From an uncultured Spirochaetota bacterium (lineage in GTDB: Bacteria; Spirochaetota; UBA4802; UBA5550): 24,000 bases of DNA. Positions 8,400 to 17,900 of this stretch are shown one piece after another (positions within the stretch are counted from its first letter, which is position 1; every line of letters begins with the position of its first letter). A program made the translations under genes and the position numbers. Where the stretch lies: NCBI GenBank assembly GCA_942491575.1, contig CALOBT010000031.1, forward strand, positions 162,008 through 186,007, given 5' to 3'. Below the pieces are notes generated by a model. The model did no database searches. It was not told the origin of the DNA and saw nothing but the letters and a program-made list of their open reading frames with translations.

Positions 8400-9044
8400 A
8401 TGCAGGTCCTGTTTCGAAAAACCAGGGAGCTGATTCATAAAATAGATCAGTTTATTGATCTTACTGCTGAGGCGAGTCTTCATTTCAGGCGTGCATTGAA
8501 TTTCTATCTTGACGATCGCCGTGACGAATTCAAGGACCGCTTCAACACCATTAAGGAAATTGAGAGCCGGGCCGATACGGTCCGGCGTGATATTGAAGGG
8601 CAACTCTATGTCCAGACCCTCATCCCGGAGTCGAGGGGGGATGTCCTGGGGATCCTCGAGTATATGGATTACCTGACGGATAATGCCAAATCTACAATTC
8701 TTGCTTTTTCCATAGAACAGCCTGACATCCCCGAGGATGTCAGCAATGATTATCGTGAACTGGTGGACCCGGTTTGCCATAGCGTTGAAAGCCTTGTACA
8801 GGCGACGCGATCCTTTTTTTATGACCTTGCCGCCGTAAAGGACCACCTGCGCCTGGTTAAATTTTATGAACGTGAGGCTGATGCCCTCGTAGAGAAAACC
8901 AAAAGGGATATCTATGCCCATGAGATAGATCTGGCACGCAAGCAGCAGCTCAGGGATTTTGCCGACTATATTGATAATATTGCCGATGCTGCCCTGGAGG
9001 TTGCGGACCGTCTTGGCATTGCCGCAATAAAACGGATCGGGTAG
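8400..9044 (+). CDS. DUF47 / TIGR00153-family (PhoU-like) phosphate-transport accessory protein
   Basis: The protein is 214 aa and all-helical. It has the DUF47-like pattern (IKEIESRADTVRRDIEGQLY ... FYEREADALVEKTKRDIY). It sits immediately upstream of a PiT transporter, 4 nt from it, which is the canonical pairing. Confidence 0.8.
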   Translation: MQVLFRKTRELIHKIDQFIDLTAEASLHFRRALNFYLDDRRDEFKDRFNTIKEIESRADTVRRDIEGQLYVQTLIPESRGDVLGILEYMDYLTDNAKSTILAFSIEQPDIPEDVSNDYRELVDPVCHSVESLVQATRSFFYDLAAVKDHLRLVKFYEREADALVEKTKRDIYAHEIDLARKQQLRDFADYIDNIADAALEVADRLGIAAIKRIG

Positions 9045-9048
9045 GGTA

Positions 9049-10524
9049 ATGATATCCTTCTTTTTTTTAACCAGCGGACTCTTTCTCGGCTGGTCCCTCG
9101 GGGCAAACGATGCTGCAAATATTTTCGGAACGGCAGTCGGGTCCCGGATGCTGAAATTCCGCACCGCTGCCATTATCGCCAGTCTTTTCATAATATTCGG
9201 GGCAACCCGTTCCGGTGCCGGTACTGTACACACTATTAACAAACTCGGTTTTGTCAATGAGGCTGCGGGGGCATTTATGGTTGCCCTTTCCGCCGGGGCA
9301 GTCGTATACTGGATGACCCGTCTTTCACTGCCGGTTTCCACCTCGCAGGCAATTGTAGGGGCCATAGTAGGCTGGAATTTTTACAGCGGAACCCTTACCG
9401 ATGCGGCATCCCTGGGGAAAATTGCCGCAACCTGGATTTTTTCTCCAATACTGGCTGCCCTTATTTCATTTTTTATGTATGGCTTTCTGAAGATACTGAT
9501 AGGCCGGATAAAAATACACCTGTTGACTATTGATCATTATACGCGTATCGGATTTGTAATTGTCGGGGCCTTCGGTTCCTATGCCCTGGGGGCGAATAAT
9601 ATAGCAAATGTTATGGGGGTATTTTTGTCGGTTTCTCCCTTTACCGATATCGATAGCCGTTTCCTGCAAATAGGTTCTGCGGAACAGCTTTTTTTCCTGG
9701 GGGGAATTGCCATTGCCGCCGGGGTTATATCCTATTCTTATCGTGTAATGACCACGGTTGGAAGGGATCTTCTGAAACTGACCCCCCTTTCCGCACTTGT
9801 GGTGGTACTCTCCACGGGGACAGTCCTTTTCCTTTTTGCCTCAGAGGGCCTGGAATTATGGCTTGCCCGTCACGGCCTTCCTGTTTTTCCACTGGTTCCC
9901 GTTTCCAGCAGCCAGGCAGTGGTTGGTGCTGTAATCGGGATCGCCCTTACAAGGGGAGGCAGGGGGATGAATTTTCGCCTCATGGGGAAAATATCCTCGG
10001 GATGGGTGATTACTCCCATTGTGGCATGTCTAGTTGCATTTCTGTCATTATTTTTAATGCAGAATATTTTTAACCAGCAGGTATACAGGCCCGTAATGTA
10101 CCGCATAACAGATTCCTGTCACCGGGAAATGGTCAGGCAGAAGCAGTGGCATCAGGGGCTGGAAGAATTTCAAAGAAGGACATTTTCTTCCGCAAGAGAA
10201 TTTCTCAGCAGCCTGGAGGGATCAGGGGAGACTATCCCCGAGGAATCCCTGAGCGCAGCTGTTTCATTTGCCCGCTTGAAGTCTGTGAAGGTGGAGATGA
10301 GAAAACTTCCCCCCCGTGATCTTGCTGCCCTTCTGACATATGACCAGATCAGGGACCTGAAATCACTTGAGGGGACTTCCTATGAGCATACCTGGCAGTT
10401 TGAAAGGGACCTAGCAAAACTCAGTTCTTCATGGAAATTGAAACAGGATAATATTCTAAACAAAAAACATAACCGGCAGGTGAGACTCAGGATTGATTTT
10501 CTGCTGAAATATTTCGGCGATTAA
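9049..10524 (+). CDS. PiT-family inorganic phosphate transporter with an extra ~150-aa C-terminal soluble tail
   Basis: The protein is 491 aa. The two PiT signature repeats GANDAANIFGTAVGS (N-terminal half) and GANNIANVMG (second half) lie within a ~340-aa polytopic core. Residues ~341-491 are hydrophilic and charged. Confidence 0.88.
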   Translation: MISFFFLTSGLFLGWSLGANDAANIFGTAVGSRMLKFRTAAIIASLFIIFGATRSGAGTVHTINKLGFVNEAAGAFMVALSAGAVVYWMTRLSLPVSTSQAIVGAIVGWNFYSGTLTDAASLGKIAATWIFSPILAALISFFMYGFLKILIGRIKIHLLTIDHYTRIGFVIVGAFGSYALGANNIANVMGVFLSVSPFTDIDSRFLQIGSAEQLFFLGGIAIAAGVISYSYRVMTTVGRDLLKLTPLSALVVVLSTGTVLFLFASEGLELWLARHGLPVFPLVPVSSSQAVVGAVIGIALTRGGRGMNFRLMGKISSGWVITPIVACLVAFLSLFLMQNIFNQQVYRPVMYRITDSCHREMVRQKQWHQGLEEFQRRTFSSAREFLSSLEGSGETIPEESLSAAVSFARLKSVKVEMRKLPPRDLAALLTYDQIRDLKSLEGTSYEHTWQFERDLAKLSSSWKLKQDNILNKKHNRQVRLRIDFLLKYFGD

Positions 10525-10550
10525 AAACGAAGATGCGCATCTTCGTTTTT
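10523..10550. terminator. Bidirectional Rho-independent terminator between convergent genes
   Basis: The sequence is aaaaa-cgaagatgc|gcatcttcg-ttttt: a perfect 18-nt palindrome flanked by A5 and T5. It starts within the PiT stop codon and overlaps the stop of the convergent 10549-10953 gene. Confidence 0.7.
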
Positions 10551-10953
10551 AATACAGATTGTCTTTTATGAACAGTTCTTCCAGCTCATCCGCCTTTGCC
10601 GCAATGTAGGTAAGGGACTTCATAAAGCGGTGGGGATCACAGTCCTGGAGAAGTACGGTATTTCGCAGGATCATGGTGTCATTCAGGAGTGCAATGGCAC
10701 CGTAGTCGAAGGTGGTATTCTGCTGAAGGCTGTACTTGTAGAGCTCGCAGAGGTCTTTTTTCAACTTCCCCACAACAGAGTAATAGTTGATTATACGGTC
10801 TCCCGATTCGTCCTTGGTGAGGGTTATCAAAATTTCCTGTGAACGCCCTCCTTCGAATTCGATATTGGTGGTATAGTTTCCTTCATCATCTTTGTGGAAA
10901 CGTATCTTAAATTCACTGGCTACTGCTGATATAAATCCGTCAAAAATCTCCAT
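10549..10953 (-). CDS. Hypothetical protein, YbjN-like / secretion-chaperone-like fold suspected
   Basis: The protein is 134 aa with an AGAGG RBS 8 nt upstream. The sequence pattern resembles YbjN-family proteins as I remember them (FEGGRSQEILITL..., INYYSVVGKL, YGAIALLNDTMIL, LTYIAAKADELEE). The functional call is weak. Confidence 0.55.
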   Translation of the reverse strand: MEIFDGFISAVASEFKIRFHKDDEGNYTTNIEFEGGRSQEILITLTKDESGDRIINYYSVVGKLKKDLCELYKYSLQQNTTFDYGAIALLNDTMILRNTVLLQDCDPHRFMKSLTYIAAKADELEELFIKDNLY

Positions 10954-11210
10954 GGTATGCCTCTGTTCATTTCGATTGTTTTATTTTATCACGATATGGG
11001 CCGTCGTCAAGAAATAATCGCTTTTAAGGGCAGGTGTTCTCCCCGGCAATATCGCTCTGACCACTATATTGCGTTATTAAAAATAATATATGACTTCTGA
11101 GGTCTATCCTTTTTTGAAGGCAGGTATTAATTTTTTCGATTTTAAAACGCCAAAATAAGCGCTGAATAAGTGTAAATGTAATTAATCCAGCCCGGGTGGA
11201 ATAAAAATCC

Positions 11211-11240
11211 TTGATAAAATATATATTCTTTTTTCATAAT
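11211..11240 (+). promoter_or_regulatory. Candidate promoter for the M28 peptidase operon
   Basis: TTGATA (11211-11216), an 18-nt spacer and CATAAT (11235-11240) lie about 50 nt upstream of the ATG at 11289. Confidence 0.3.
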
Positions 11241-11288
11241 GGAAGAAAGAAATTCCGGGTATAAAAATAAAAAAACAGGGTATGAGAA

Positions 11289-12218
11289 ATGATTCCAGCA
11301 GTAATCTGGGAAAACAAAAAGGAAAGAAAAGAGATCTACAATAACGCGGAGTCGCACGTCCGTTTCCTTGCTGAGGAGCTGGGGGAAAGGACCCTCCGGG
11401 AATATGACAGTCTTAATCATGCAAAATATTATATAAAAGATTATTTTGCCAGATATGGCCACGAGGCTACGGAGCAGAAGTATATTGCGCAGAAGATGGA
11501 AGTCGGCAATGTTATTGCTGAGATACGCGGCTTTGATCAGCCTGACAATATTATCGTCATCGGTGCGCATTATGATACCGTTGAGGATACCCCCGGTGCT
11601 GATGATAATGGTTCCGCTGTGGCGGGACTTCTGGAAGTCTACCGTCTCCTTGCGGATTACCGCTATAAAAAGACAATTCGGTTTGTGGCATTCACTCTCG
11701 AGGAACCCCCCTTTTTTAATTCAGACCTAATGGGGAGCATGCAGTACGCAACTCTATGCAGAAAGAAGAAAGAGAATATCGAGCTGATGATTTGTCTTGA
11801 AATGATCGGTTATGCGAGCAAAAAGTGTGTTCAGGAATTTCCCTACGAGGACATGAAAAAGGATAAACCCCCATACGGTGATTATCTTGGGGTCTTTTCC
11901 CTGCCGTCATGCCGGCCCCAGGTAAATTTCTGGAAGAACATCTACAACTCTCATGCAAAAAGAAAAATTTTTGATATCGTCGGTCCAGCGTCGATTCCCG
12001 GTATAGATCTTTCTGATCACCGTTCTTTTATTAAGAACGGGTACCCTTCAATAATGCTGTCGGATTCCGGATACTACCGGAACAAGAATTATCACCAGGA
12101 ATCGGATACCGTAGACACCCTGAACTTCAATTTTTTGGCGGAAAATATTCATAATATTTACCTGACCCTCAGAGAGGTCCTGAATATGCCTCCCCTTGAT
12201 ACAATAATCGGAGCCTGA
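11289..12218 (+). CDS. M28-family metallopeptidase (aminopeptidase-like)
   Basis: The protein is 309 aa. Zinc-ligand and catalytic motifs typical of M28 are present: [35 protein letters not shown] and DLSDHRSF. No signal peptide is visible at this start. Confidence 0.85.
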   Translation: MIPAVIWENKKERKEIYNNAESHVRFLAEELGERTLREYDSLNHAKYYIKDYFARYGHEATEQKYIAQKMEVGNVIAEIRGFDQPDNIIVIGAHYDTVEDTPGADDNGSAVAGLLEVYRLLADYRYKKTIRFVAFTLEEPPFFNSDLMGSMQYATLCRKKKENIELMICLEMIGYASKKCVQEFPYEDMKKDKPPYGDYLGVFSLPSCRPQVNFWKNIYNSHAKRKIFDIVGPASIPGIDLSDHRSFIKNGYPSIMLSDSGYYRNKNYHQESDTVDTLNFNFLAENIHNIYLTLREVLNMPPLDTIIGA

Positions 12219-12219
12219 A

Positions 12220-12423
12220 ATGGATTGCAAAAAAAATCAGAATTTTGAACGCTGTAATTGCAGCTACGAACCATGTTCACGCAAGGGTATCTGCTGTGAC
12301 TGCATTGCCTATCACATCCGGTCTCGACAGCTTCCCGCATGTGCTTTTTCGACTTCTGCTGAAAGTACCTATGACCGTTCTTTTGAACATTTTGCCCGGC
12401 TGGTTTCCGAAGGTAAAGTCTAG
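12220..12423 (+). CDS. Small conserved Cys-rich protein (possibly the family catalogued as DUF6485; name from memory, unverified)
   Basis: The protein is 67 aa: [62 protein letters not shown]. The CxCx5C...CCxC block and the TYDRSFEHF tail resemble a widespread small protein family. A GGAG RBS is present, and the ATG is 1 nt after the M28 stop. Confidence 0.7.
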   Translation: MDCKKNQNFERCNCSYEPCSRKGICCDCIAYHIRSRQLPACAFSTSAESTYDRSFEHFARLVSEGKV

Positions 12424-12450
12424 GCCGCGGCAGCCTGAAAGGAAAATCAT

Positions 12451-13383
12451 GTGAATCCCCTGAAGTCTTTATCAAATGCCTTTGATAAAATCCGTCAATC
12501 AGGTGAGCTGCCTGCAAAAAAGGTGCTCATACTGGAGGGGGGCGGTATGCGGGGTATCTTTTTGACAGGTGTTCTTCAGGCATTCACGGACCGGAACTTT
12601 TTCCCCTGGGAACTGGTTACCGGTTCATCTGCCGGCGCCCTGACTGGAACCGCCTATACGGCGAGGCAGATTTATCTTGCCCGGGATGCATTTTTTACCA
12701 GGCTCCTGACGGGGAAGTTTATTCACCTATCCCATGTGCTGAATTCAGAAAAGCATATACTTGATCTCGACTGGATGATTGATACCATTGTAAAGGGTTC
12801 TGATCCCCTTAATGTCAAGCTTCTGAAAAGGGAAATACCCGTAATTATTACTGCAACGGAGGTACACGATAACCGGTCACCGGAGACGGTATACCTCTCA
12901 TCGAAGAAGGATGATATTTTTACGGCACTGAAGGCCACCGCGGCTATTCCCTACCTCTACCGCGGGTTTGTCACCTATAATGACATGCGTCTCCTTGATG
13001 GAGGACTCCTAGACCCGATACCATTTGCGAAGGCCCTCGAGATGGGGTACCGCGAGGAGGACATCCTGGTGGTGACAACCCGTCCGAAGGGGTACCGAAA
13101 AAAAGTTGAATCATTCTGGATCAGGAGTCTATACGAAGCCTACTTCAGCGATAAGAAGTACAGTTACCTTGTGGCTTCCATGGAAAACCGATATAAGAAA
13201 TATAACCGGATTCTTGATGAACTGGAGCAGCGTTATACCGGTATCGACATTATCTATCCACCGGAGGATTTCGAGGTGGAACGGCTCACCCGGGACCCTA
13301 AAAAGATTCTGGAGGGATTTGAAATGGGAGTCGCCGCTGCAACCACGTGGATGTATCCTCAAAGGTCAGGAACGGCCCTTTAA
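12451..13383 (+). CDS. Patatin-like phospholipase
   Basis: The protein is 310 aa. It has the oxyanion motif LEGGGMRGIF, the nucleophile elbow GSSAG (GxSxG) and the catalytic Asp motif LLDGGLLDPIP. It has a GTG start with a GAAAGGA RBS. No in-frame upstream ATG would keep the GGGxRG motif. Confidence 0.88.
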   Translation: MNPLKSLSNAFDKIRQSGELPAKKVLILEGGGMRGIFLTGVLQAFTDRNFFPWELVTGSSAGALTGTAYTARQIYLARDAFFTRLLTGKFIHLSHVLNSEKHILDLDWMIDTIVKGSDPLNVKLLKREIPVIITATEVHDNRSPETVYLSSKKDDIFTALKATAAIPYLYRGFVTYNDMRLLDGGLLDPIPFAKALEMGYREEDILVVTTRPKGYRKKVESFWIRSLYEAYFSDKKYSYLVASMENRYKKYNRILDELEQRYTGIDIIYPPEDFEVERLTRDPKKILEGFEMGVAAATTWMYPQRSGTAL

Positions 13384-14576
13384 AAACCGTTTTTGATCAG
13401 TACCGCCACGGGGATTCCCCCCTGCTTGAAGGTTATCTTTTTGTCAAAATCAAGGTTCAGCGCAGCTTCTGCGGCATGTCCCGGTACGATGATGGCAAAA
13501 CCGAAATCAGCATAATTATTTTTTATCGTTTTACCAATGCGGCGGTAGAGGGAGAGGGTGTCTTCATCATCGAGACGTTTCCCGTATGGGGGATTGAGAA
13601 GGAGGAGTGCAGGGAGGTCGCATCCCGAATATTCCTCCGTATTGAAAAAATCTTTCTTTCTGACGGAAATATAATTATCAAGTCCCGCCTGGTCCAGGTT
13701 CTCCAGGGCAGCCTCGAGTGATTTTTCATCGATATCACCCGCCACTATCTGCGGCATCTCCTCAGGATTCGAAGGGCTGGTGCTGTATTTTTCTTTCATA
13801 TGGTTAAAGGCGGCTTCACCATAGACGGGCCACCCCTGGAACGCAAAGGAACGGTTTATTCCCGCGGGTATTCCCGCCGCCATTGCCGCCGCTTCGATGC
13901 TGAAGGTACCGGCTCCGCACATGGCATCGGTGATACTCCGGTATTTTGAGAAATCAGCTGCCAGAAGAATTGCCGCCGCCCGTGTCTCCCGGAGGGGGGC
14001 TTCGTTCACCATTACCCTCTGTCCCCTCCTGTAGAGGAGTTCTCCGCTGGAATCGATACTGATGGTGCAGCGGTCCCGGTAGAGGCGGATAAATATCTGC
14101 TGTGATTTTTTCTTTTTTTCTTCAGGGGCTTCCGCAAGAAAGGGCTTCAGCCGGGAGGTTATGGCATCCCGGCATTCCTCTTCGATGCGGTCCGTGTGGT
14201 GGAGACGTGATTTTCGGGCTGTGATGGAGAAAGACAGATTACTCTGCAACGGGAGATAGAGTTCCCAGGGAATCTCTTTGACAAGGGAATTAAGAGTGGA
14301 AAAGTTCAGGACATTGAAAGAAGTAATTCTCAGGAGGAGCCGCGTCACTGTCCTGGCCATCAGGTTTACACGGTAGCAGTCTTCTATTTTTCCGCTGAAG
14401 AGTATCCCGCCAGTGGTGACCTCCAGTATGCCGGAAATGTCCAGGTCTTCCAGTTCCCGGCGGGTAACCTCTTCGAAGCCGGGATGGCAAACTGCAAAAA
14501 ACCGGTGGGAACGTCCGCGGATGTGTTGTTTTACCCGGCGGATTACTGCGGATGGTTTATGGGATGCTTCTGTCAT
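13380..14576 (-). CDS. THUMP-domain class I SAM-dependent RNA methyltransferase (RlmL/UPF0020-like)
   Basis: The protein is 398 aa. It has SAM motif I DAMCGAGTFSIEAA and motif IV LLLNPPYGKRL. The N-terminal ~150 aa have the ferredoxin-like/THUMP-type pattern typical of this family. Confidence 0.85.
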   Translation of the reverse strand: MTEASHKPSAVIRRVKQHIRGRSHRFFAVCHPGFEEVTRRELEDLDISGILEVTTGGILFSGKIEDCYRVNLMARTVTRLLLRITSFNVLNFSTLNSLVKEIPWELYLPLQSNLSFSITARKSRLHHTDRIEEECRDAITSRLKPFLAEAPEEKKKKSQQIFIRLYRDRCTISIDSSGELLYRRGQRVMVNEAPLRETRAAAILLAADFSKYRSITDAMCGAGTFSIEAAAMAAGIPAGINRSFAFQGWPVYGEAAFNHMKEKYSTSPSNPEEMPQIVAGDIDEKSLEAALENLDQAGLDNYISVRKKDFFNTEEYSGCDLPALLLLNPPYGKRLDDEDTLSLYRRIGKTIKNNYADFGFAIIVPGHAAEAALNLDFDKKITFKQGGIPVAVLIKNGF

Positions 14577-14642
14577 GATTTTTTACATGCTCCCTGTGTA
14601 ATAAAGTTGGTAATTTCATCGGTGAATTATAATTCATAGAAT

Positions 14643-15782
14643 CTATTTTTTCTCAAGAACCGCCAGGGTTTCAATGTGCGGAGTCTGGGGAAACATGTCA
14701 TGCGCCTCAAAGGAAATAATATTGTAATCCTCCAGTTCAAGTACATCGTCCCTGAAGGTTGAAGGATTGCATGACATGTATACAATACGTTCCGGAGCCA
14801 GTTCTGCAATGGATTTACGCATCTTCGGATGAATACCACTTCTTGGAGGGTCCATCACCAGCGTGTCGTAGCGGTCCGCCTGCTGCTGCATGTGTACCCG
14901 GGCATCTTCGCATATAAAATTTACATTTTCGATGCCATTTATCTCTTTGTTGATGTTGGCGATATCAACGGCTTCACTGTTCAGTTCGACGCCGGTAACG
15001 GAGTCTGCCTTTTCTGCAATATAGAGGGATATGCTTCCCACGCCTGAGTAGAGGTCGAGGACGTTTCCGCGGATTTCTTCCTTTATCCGGCGGTACATGT
15101 TTCGTGCTATGAGGCTGTTGGACTGGAAGAAGCTGTTTGGTGTTATGCGATACCTGATTCCATCGAAATCTTCTTCGATATAGCCGGTTTTCCAGTCCTT
15201 AAGTACCGGGCCGGTACTGAGATCGGCGAGACCGTCACTCAGTAAATGAGAAGAGCTGTCAACTTCCCCCATTAAAAAATCGGTCACTTCACTCAGCCTG
15301 TCATCCTCAACGGAGGTAATCAGGTTTGCCATTACCTGGTTGGTGAAATATGCCTCACGCAGTATGATGTAGCGGAGGTAGCCCTCATGTTTCAGGTAGT
15401 TGTATCCCTCGACTTCTTTCAGGAGGGGGCGCACCCGGGAGAAGAGGCTGCCGGATTTTTTCTGCATCAGGGGACATTCTTCGATGTCACAGACGAATCG
15501 GTAGCTTCCCCGTTCACGGAGACCCACCTTGCCGAAGGCGCATACCATGTCCATCCGGTTTCGGTAGCCAAAGGGTTCCGCAGGCTTGACTTCATCAAGG
15601 GTTACGATCCCTTCAAGGAGTTCATTCAGGTATGCCTTCTTCAGTTCCAGCTGGTTTTCATAGGGGATATCCTGAAAGAGACAGCCCCCGCATTTGCCGA
15701 AGTGGGGGCACGCTGGTTCGGCACCGTCGCCGCGGAAGCGGTCCGCCAGAATCTGGAATTTTTTCTGTTTTTTCTTTTTCAT
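14643..15782 (-). CDS. TrmA/RumA-family RNA (uracil-C5)-methyltransferase, TRAM-less (RlmC-like)
   Basis: The protein is 379 aa. It has an N-terminal Fe-S Cys cluster CPHFGKCGGCLFQ and the SAM motif DLYSGVGSISL. It also has MDPPRSG and the catalytic VYMSCNPSTFRDD. Confidence 0.88.
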   Translation of the reverse strand: MKKKKQKKFQILADRFRGDGAEPACPHFGKCGGCLFQDIPYENQLELKKAYLNELLEGIVTLDEVKPAEPFGYRNRMDMVCAFGKVGLRERGSYRFVCDIEECPLMQKKSGSLFSRVRPLLKEVEGYNYLKHEGYLRYIILREAYFTNQVMANLITSVEDDRLSEVTDFLMGEVDSSSHLLSDGLADLSTGPVLKDWKTGYIEEDFDGIRYRITPNSFFQSNSLIARNMYRRIKEEIRGNVLDLYSGVGSISLYIAEKADSVTGVELNSEAVDIANINKEINGIENVNFICEDARVHMQQQADRYDTLVMDPPRSGIHPKMRKSIAELAPERIVYMSCNPSTFRDDVLELEDYNIISFEAHDMFPQTPHIETLAVLEKK

Positions 15783-15962
15783 TGCATGGGTGTCCTTTAA
15801 TCGATGCTGGTGGGCATCATTACGGGTATGCCGGTGGTGTAAAGATTTTTTTAATTTTTACATTATCCCCGGACAGTGACCCATAGGGGCACCGGCACCG
15901 GTACCTGTTAGCGGTGTTGCAAAAGAGACTGGAAACCAGGATGATATCAGTCTTTTTACAAC

Positions 15963-15992
15963 TTGACAATGTGTAACGATTTTCTTCATAAA
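15963..15992 (+). promoter_or_regulatory. Candidate promoter for the GNAT gene
   Basis: TTGACA (15963-15968), an 18-nt spacer and CATAAA (15987-15992) lie about 55 nt upstream of the ATG at 16046. Confidence 0.3.
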
Positions 15993-16045
15993 ATTTGTGA
16001 GGAACAGTATTTGTATCGTAATCAAAGTTTTTTACGGAGTATTAA

Positions 16046-16519
16046 TTGGGTATGTTTGAAATAAGAAAATTGAGGGAAGAAGATCTGCCTTCTGTCTGCA
16101 CTTTTCCCGAGAGGGAAATCGAACTCTACTACGCATTTCCCCGGGCTTCATTTCCGCTGGAAGTTGATCCCCTGCGTGAAATGATCCGGCAGCGATTCTG
16201 CTCATCGGTGCTGATGCATCAGGAAAGGGTGATTGCCTTCGCAAATTTATATGACAGGGAAGGGGATGAATGCTGGTTCGGAAATTTGATGGTCCATGGA
16301 GAATTCAGGAGGATGGGGGCCGCATCTTTTTTGCTGGAGGCGATGACTGGAGAGGCCCGGGAAGTATACGGGATTAGAAAGTTGAAGGTGGCATGCTGGG
16401 AGGAAAACAGGGAAGGAATATCCTTTTACAGGAGAATGGGATTTTCTTGTTTTGATTCAAAAAAAATTACTAAATTCCGCAGGGAGATTAATGTGTTTCT
16501 CCAGGAAAAGATATTATAA
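16046..16519 (+). CDS. GNAT-family N-acetyltransferase
   Basis: The protein is 157 aa. It has the acetyl-CoA binding motif A region MVHGEFRRMGAASFLLEAM and a C-terminal FYRRMGF. Confidence 0.85.
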   Translation: MGMFEIRKLREEDLPSVCTFPEREIELYYAFPRASFPLEVDPLREMIRQRFCSSVLMHQERVIAFANLYDREGDECWFGNLMVHGEFRRMGAASFLLEAMTGEAREVYGIRKLKVACWEENREGISFYRRMGFSCFDSKKITKFRREINVFLQEKIL

Positions 16520-16647
16520 TTGGTGCTTTTCGAACAACCCTGGAGTGATTAGTTTGATTAGTCTCCGACAGGTTTAAAAAAAATTATGGTTTTTCCTCTC
16601 CATTCTCATTATTTTTTCAGCAGTAAGGTGAAACGGGTAAAACGAGA

Positions 16648-17859
16648 ATGTTTAGCAGGTTTATTAAATATCTTCTTCTCCCTGCCTTTCTTTTCACTGC
16701 GGTAATCCCTTTGGTATTCAGCGGGTGTGGAGAGGGTTTGAATATACTGCTGAATGATCAGGATCCCCCCCCGGATCCACCTCCTGATCCTGAAGATGTT
16801 ACCACATGGGGGTATCGGCGTCTGATAACTATACAGGAAAACGCTTCAGGGGGCAGCCTGACTGACTACCAGGTAAATGTTGTTCTGAATGCGGGTAATT
16901 TCGGTGACGGTTTCACGAAGGCACAGTCTGACGGCTCCGATATCAGGATTGCACAGAATGCCGTTCACCGGAGTTTCTGGATAGAAGACTGGGATTCAGC
17001 GGGGGAAACAGCTTCCGTCTGGGTAAAAGTGCCTTCCATCCCGAGTGGAAGTACTGCGGAAATTTATATCTACTATGGGAAAGCAACTGCCACGGCTAAA
17101 TCGAGTTTTGATGATACCTTTACGAAGGATACAGGAACAGCGAATTTGGTCGCCCGGTGGCATATGGACGAGGGGACGGGGAGCAGCATTGGGGATTCTT
17201 CTGCAAACAGCAATACGGGAACCATTACAGGGGCCTCCTGGGTCGGGTCAGATGGCGGTGCCTGGTATGACCGGAGCGATGTAGGTTTTTCAACAGGAGA
17301 TTCGATCAGTTTTGATGGAAATGATTTTATTACTGTAGCCGATGACAATACCCTGGACTTGAGCTACGTTACGATTGAAGCCTGGATTAGGACCGGCGGT
17401 GATGTTGCTACGCTTCAATATCTTGTATCCAAGTGGGATCAGGGTGGCAATAACATGAGTTACGCCCTTGCAGTTTCCGGAGGTAATTTTCTTTTTCAGA
17501 CAACCTCAGACGGATCATCCGGGACAGTAAACAATTTTTCTTACGGGCCCATAACAGCCAATACATGGTATCATGTTTCCGCTGTTTCTGATGGTACCAA
17601 TAAAAGTATCTATATCAATGGTGATAACAGCAGCAGTGCAGGATGGGTTAATACCCTTTTTACGGGAACTTCAGTGCTGATTTTTGGCGATAGATTCAGC
17701 GGTGGAGACTACTTCACCGGTACCATCGATGAAGTCTCAATCTACAGCCAGGCCCAGTCTGCAGCTGAAATACTGGCCCATTCAAAAAGGTCAAAGTATA
17801 CTGACCCACCACCAACAATAGATTCTATAGGAACGGAAGAAACAGTTTCCGCCAAATAG
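16648..17859 (+). CDS. Lipoprotein with DUF2341 and LamG (concanavalin-A-like lectin) domains
   Basis: The protein is 403 aa. It has a signal peptide plus lipobox (LVFSGC) and a Pro/Asp tether DPPPDPPPDPED. The DUF2341 pattern is present (WGYRRLITI..., SDGSDIRI, FWIEDWD, ASVWVKVPSIPSGSTAEIYIYYG). A LamG pattern follows (LVARWHMDEGTGSSIGDSSANSNTGTITGASWV ... GTIDEVSIY). Confidence 0.8.
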   Translation: MFSRFIKYLLLPAFLFTAVIPLVFSGCGEGLNILLNDQDPPPDPPPDPEDVTTWGYRRLITIQENASGGSLTDYQVNVVLNAGNFGDGFTKAQSDGSDIRIAQNAVHRSFWIEDWDSAGETASVWVKVPSIPSGSTAEIYIYYGKATATAKSSFDDTFTKDTGTANLVARWHMDEGTGSSIGDSSANSNTGTITGASWVGSDGGAWYDRSDVGFSTGDSISFDGNDFITVADDNTLDLSYVTIEAWIRTGGDVATLQYLVSKWDQGGNNMSYALAVSGGNFLFQTTSDGSSGTVNNFSYGPITANTWYHVSAVSDGTNKSIYINGDNSSSAGWVNTLFTGTSVLIFGDRFSGGDYFTGTIDEVSIYSQAQSAAEILAHSKRSKYTDPPPTIDSIGTEETVSAK

Positions 17860-17900
17860 ATTTTCGGGCATTCGGGAAGTTTAGATTCTTGTATGAGAGA

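Noticed and set aside
8382-9365. 327-aa ORF on the minus strand
   Set aside because: It is antisense to, and spans the junction of, two + strand genes with clear family motifs (DUF47 and PiT). Its sequence has no recognisable motifs. It is a typical shadow ORF.
11142-11570. 142-aa minus-strand ORF
   Set aside because: It overlaps the promoter region and the 5' end of the M28 peptidase gene in antisense. Its AT-rich, Phe/Ile/Leu-rich sequence has no motif support.
12158-12517. 119-aa minus-strand ORF and 69-aa + strand ORF (12245-12454) overlapping the small Cys-rich gene
   Set aside because: These are alternative frames of the 12220-12423 gene. That gene has a proper RBS, tight coupling to the M28 gene and a conserved-looking Cys pattern.
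15880-15960. Possible small RNA or terminator hairpins (agactg-N16-cagtct-ttttt and GC-rich ggcaccggcaccggtacc) in the 263-bp gap upstream of the GNAT gene
   Set aside because: The stems are short (6 bp) with large loops. There is no match to SRP, 6S, RNase P or riboswitch cores that I can recognise by eye.
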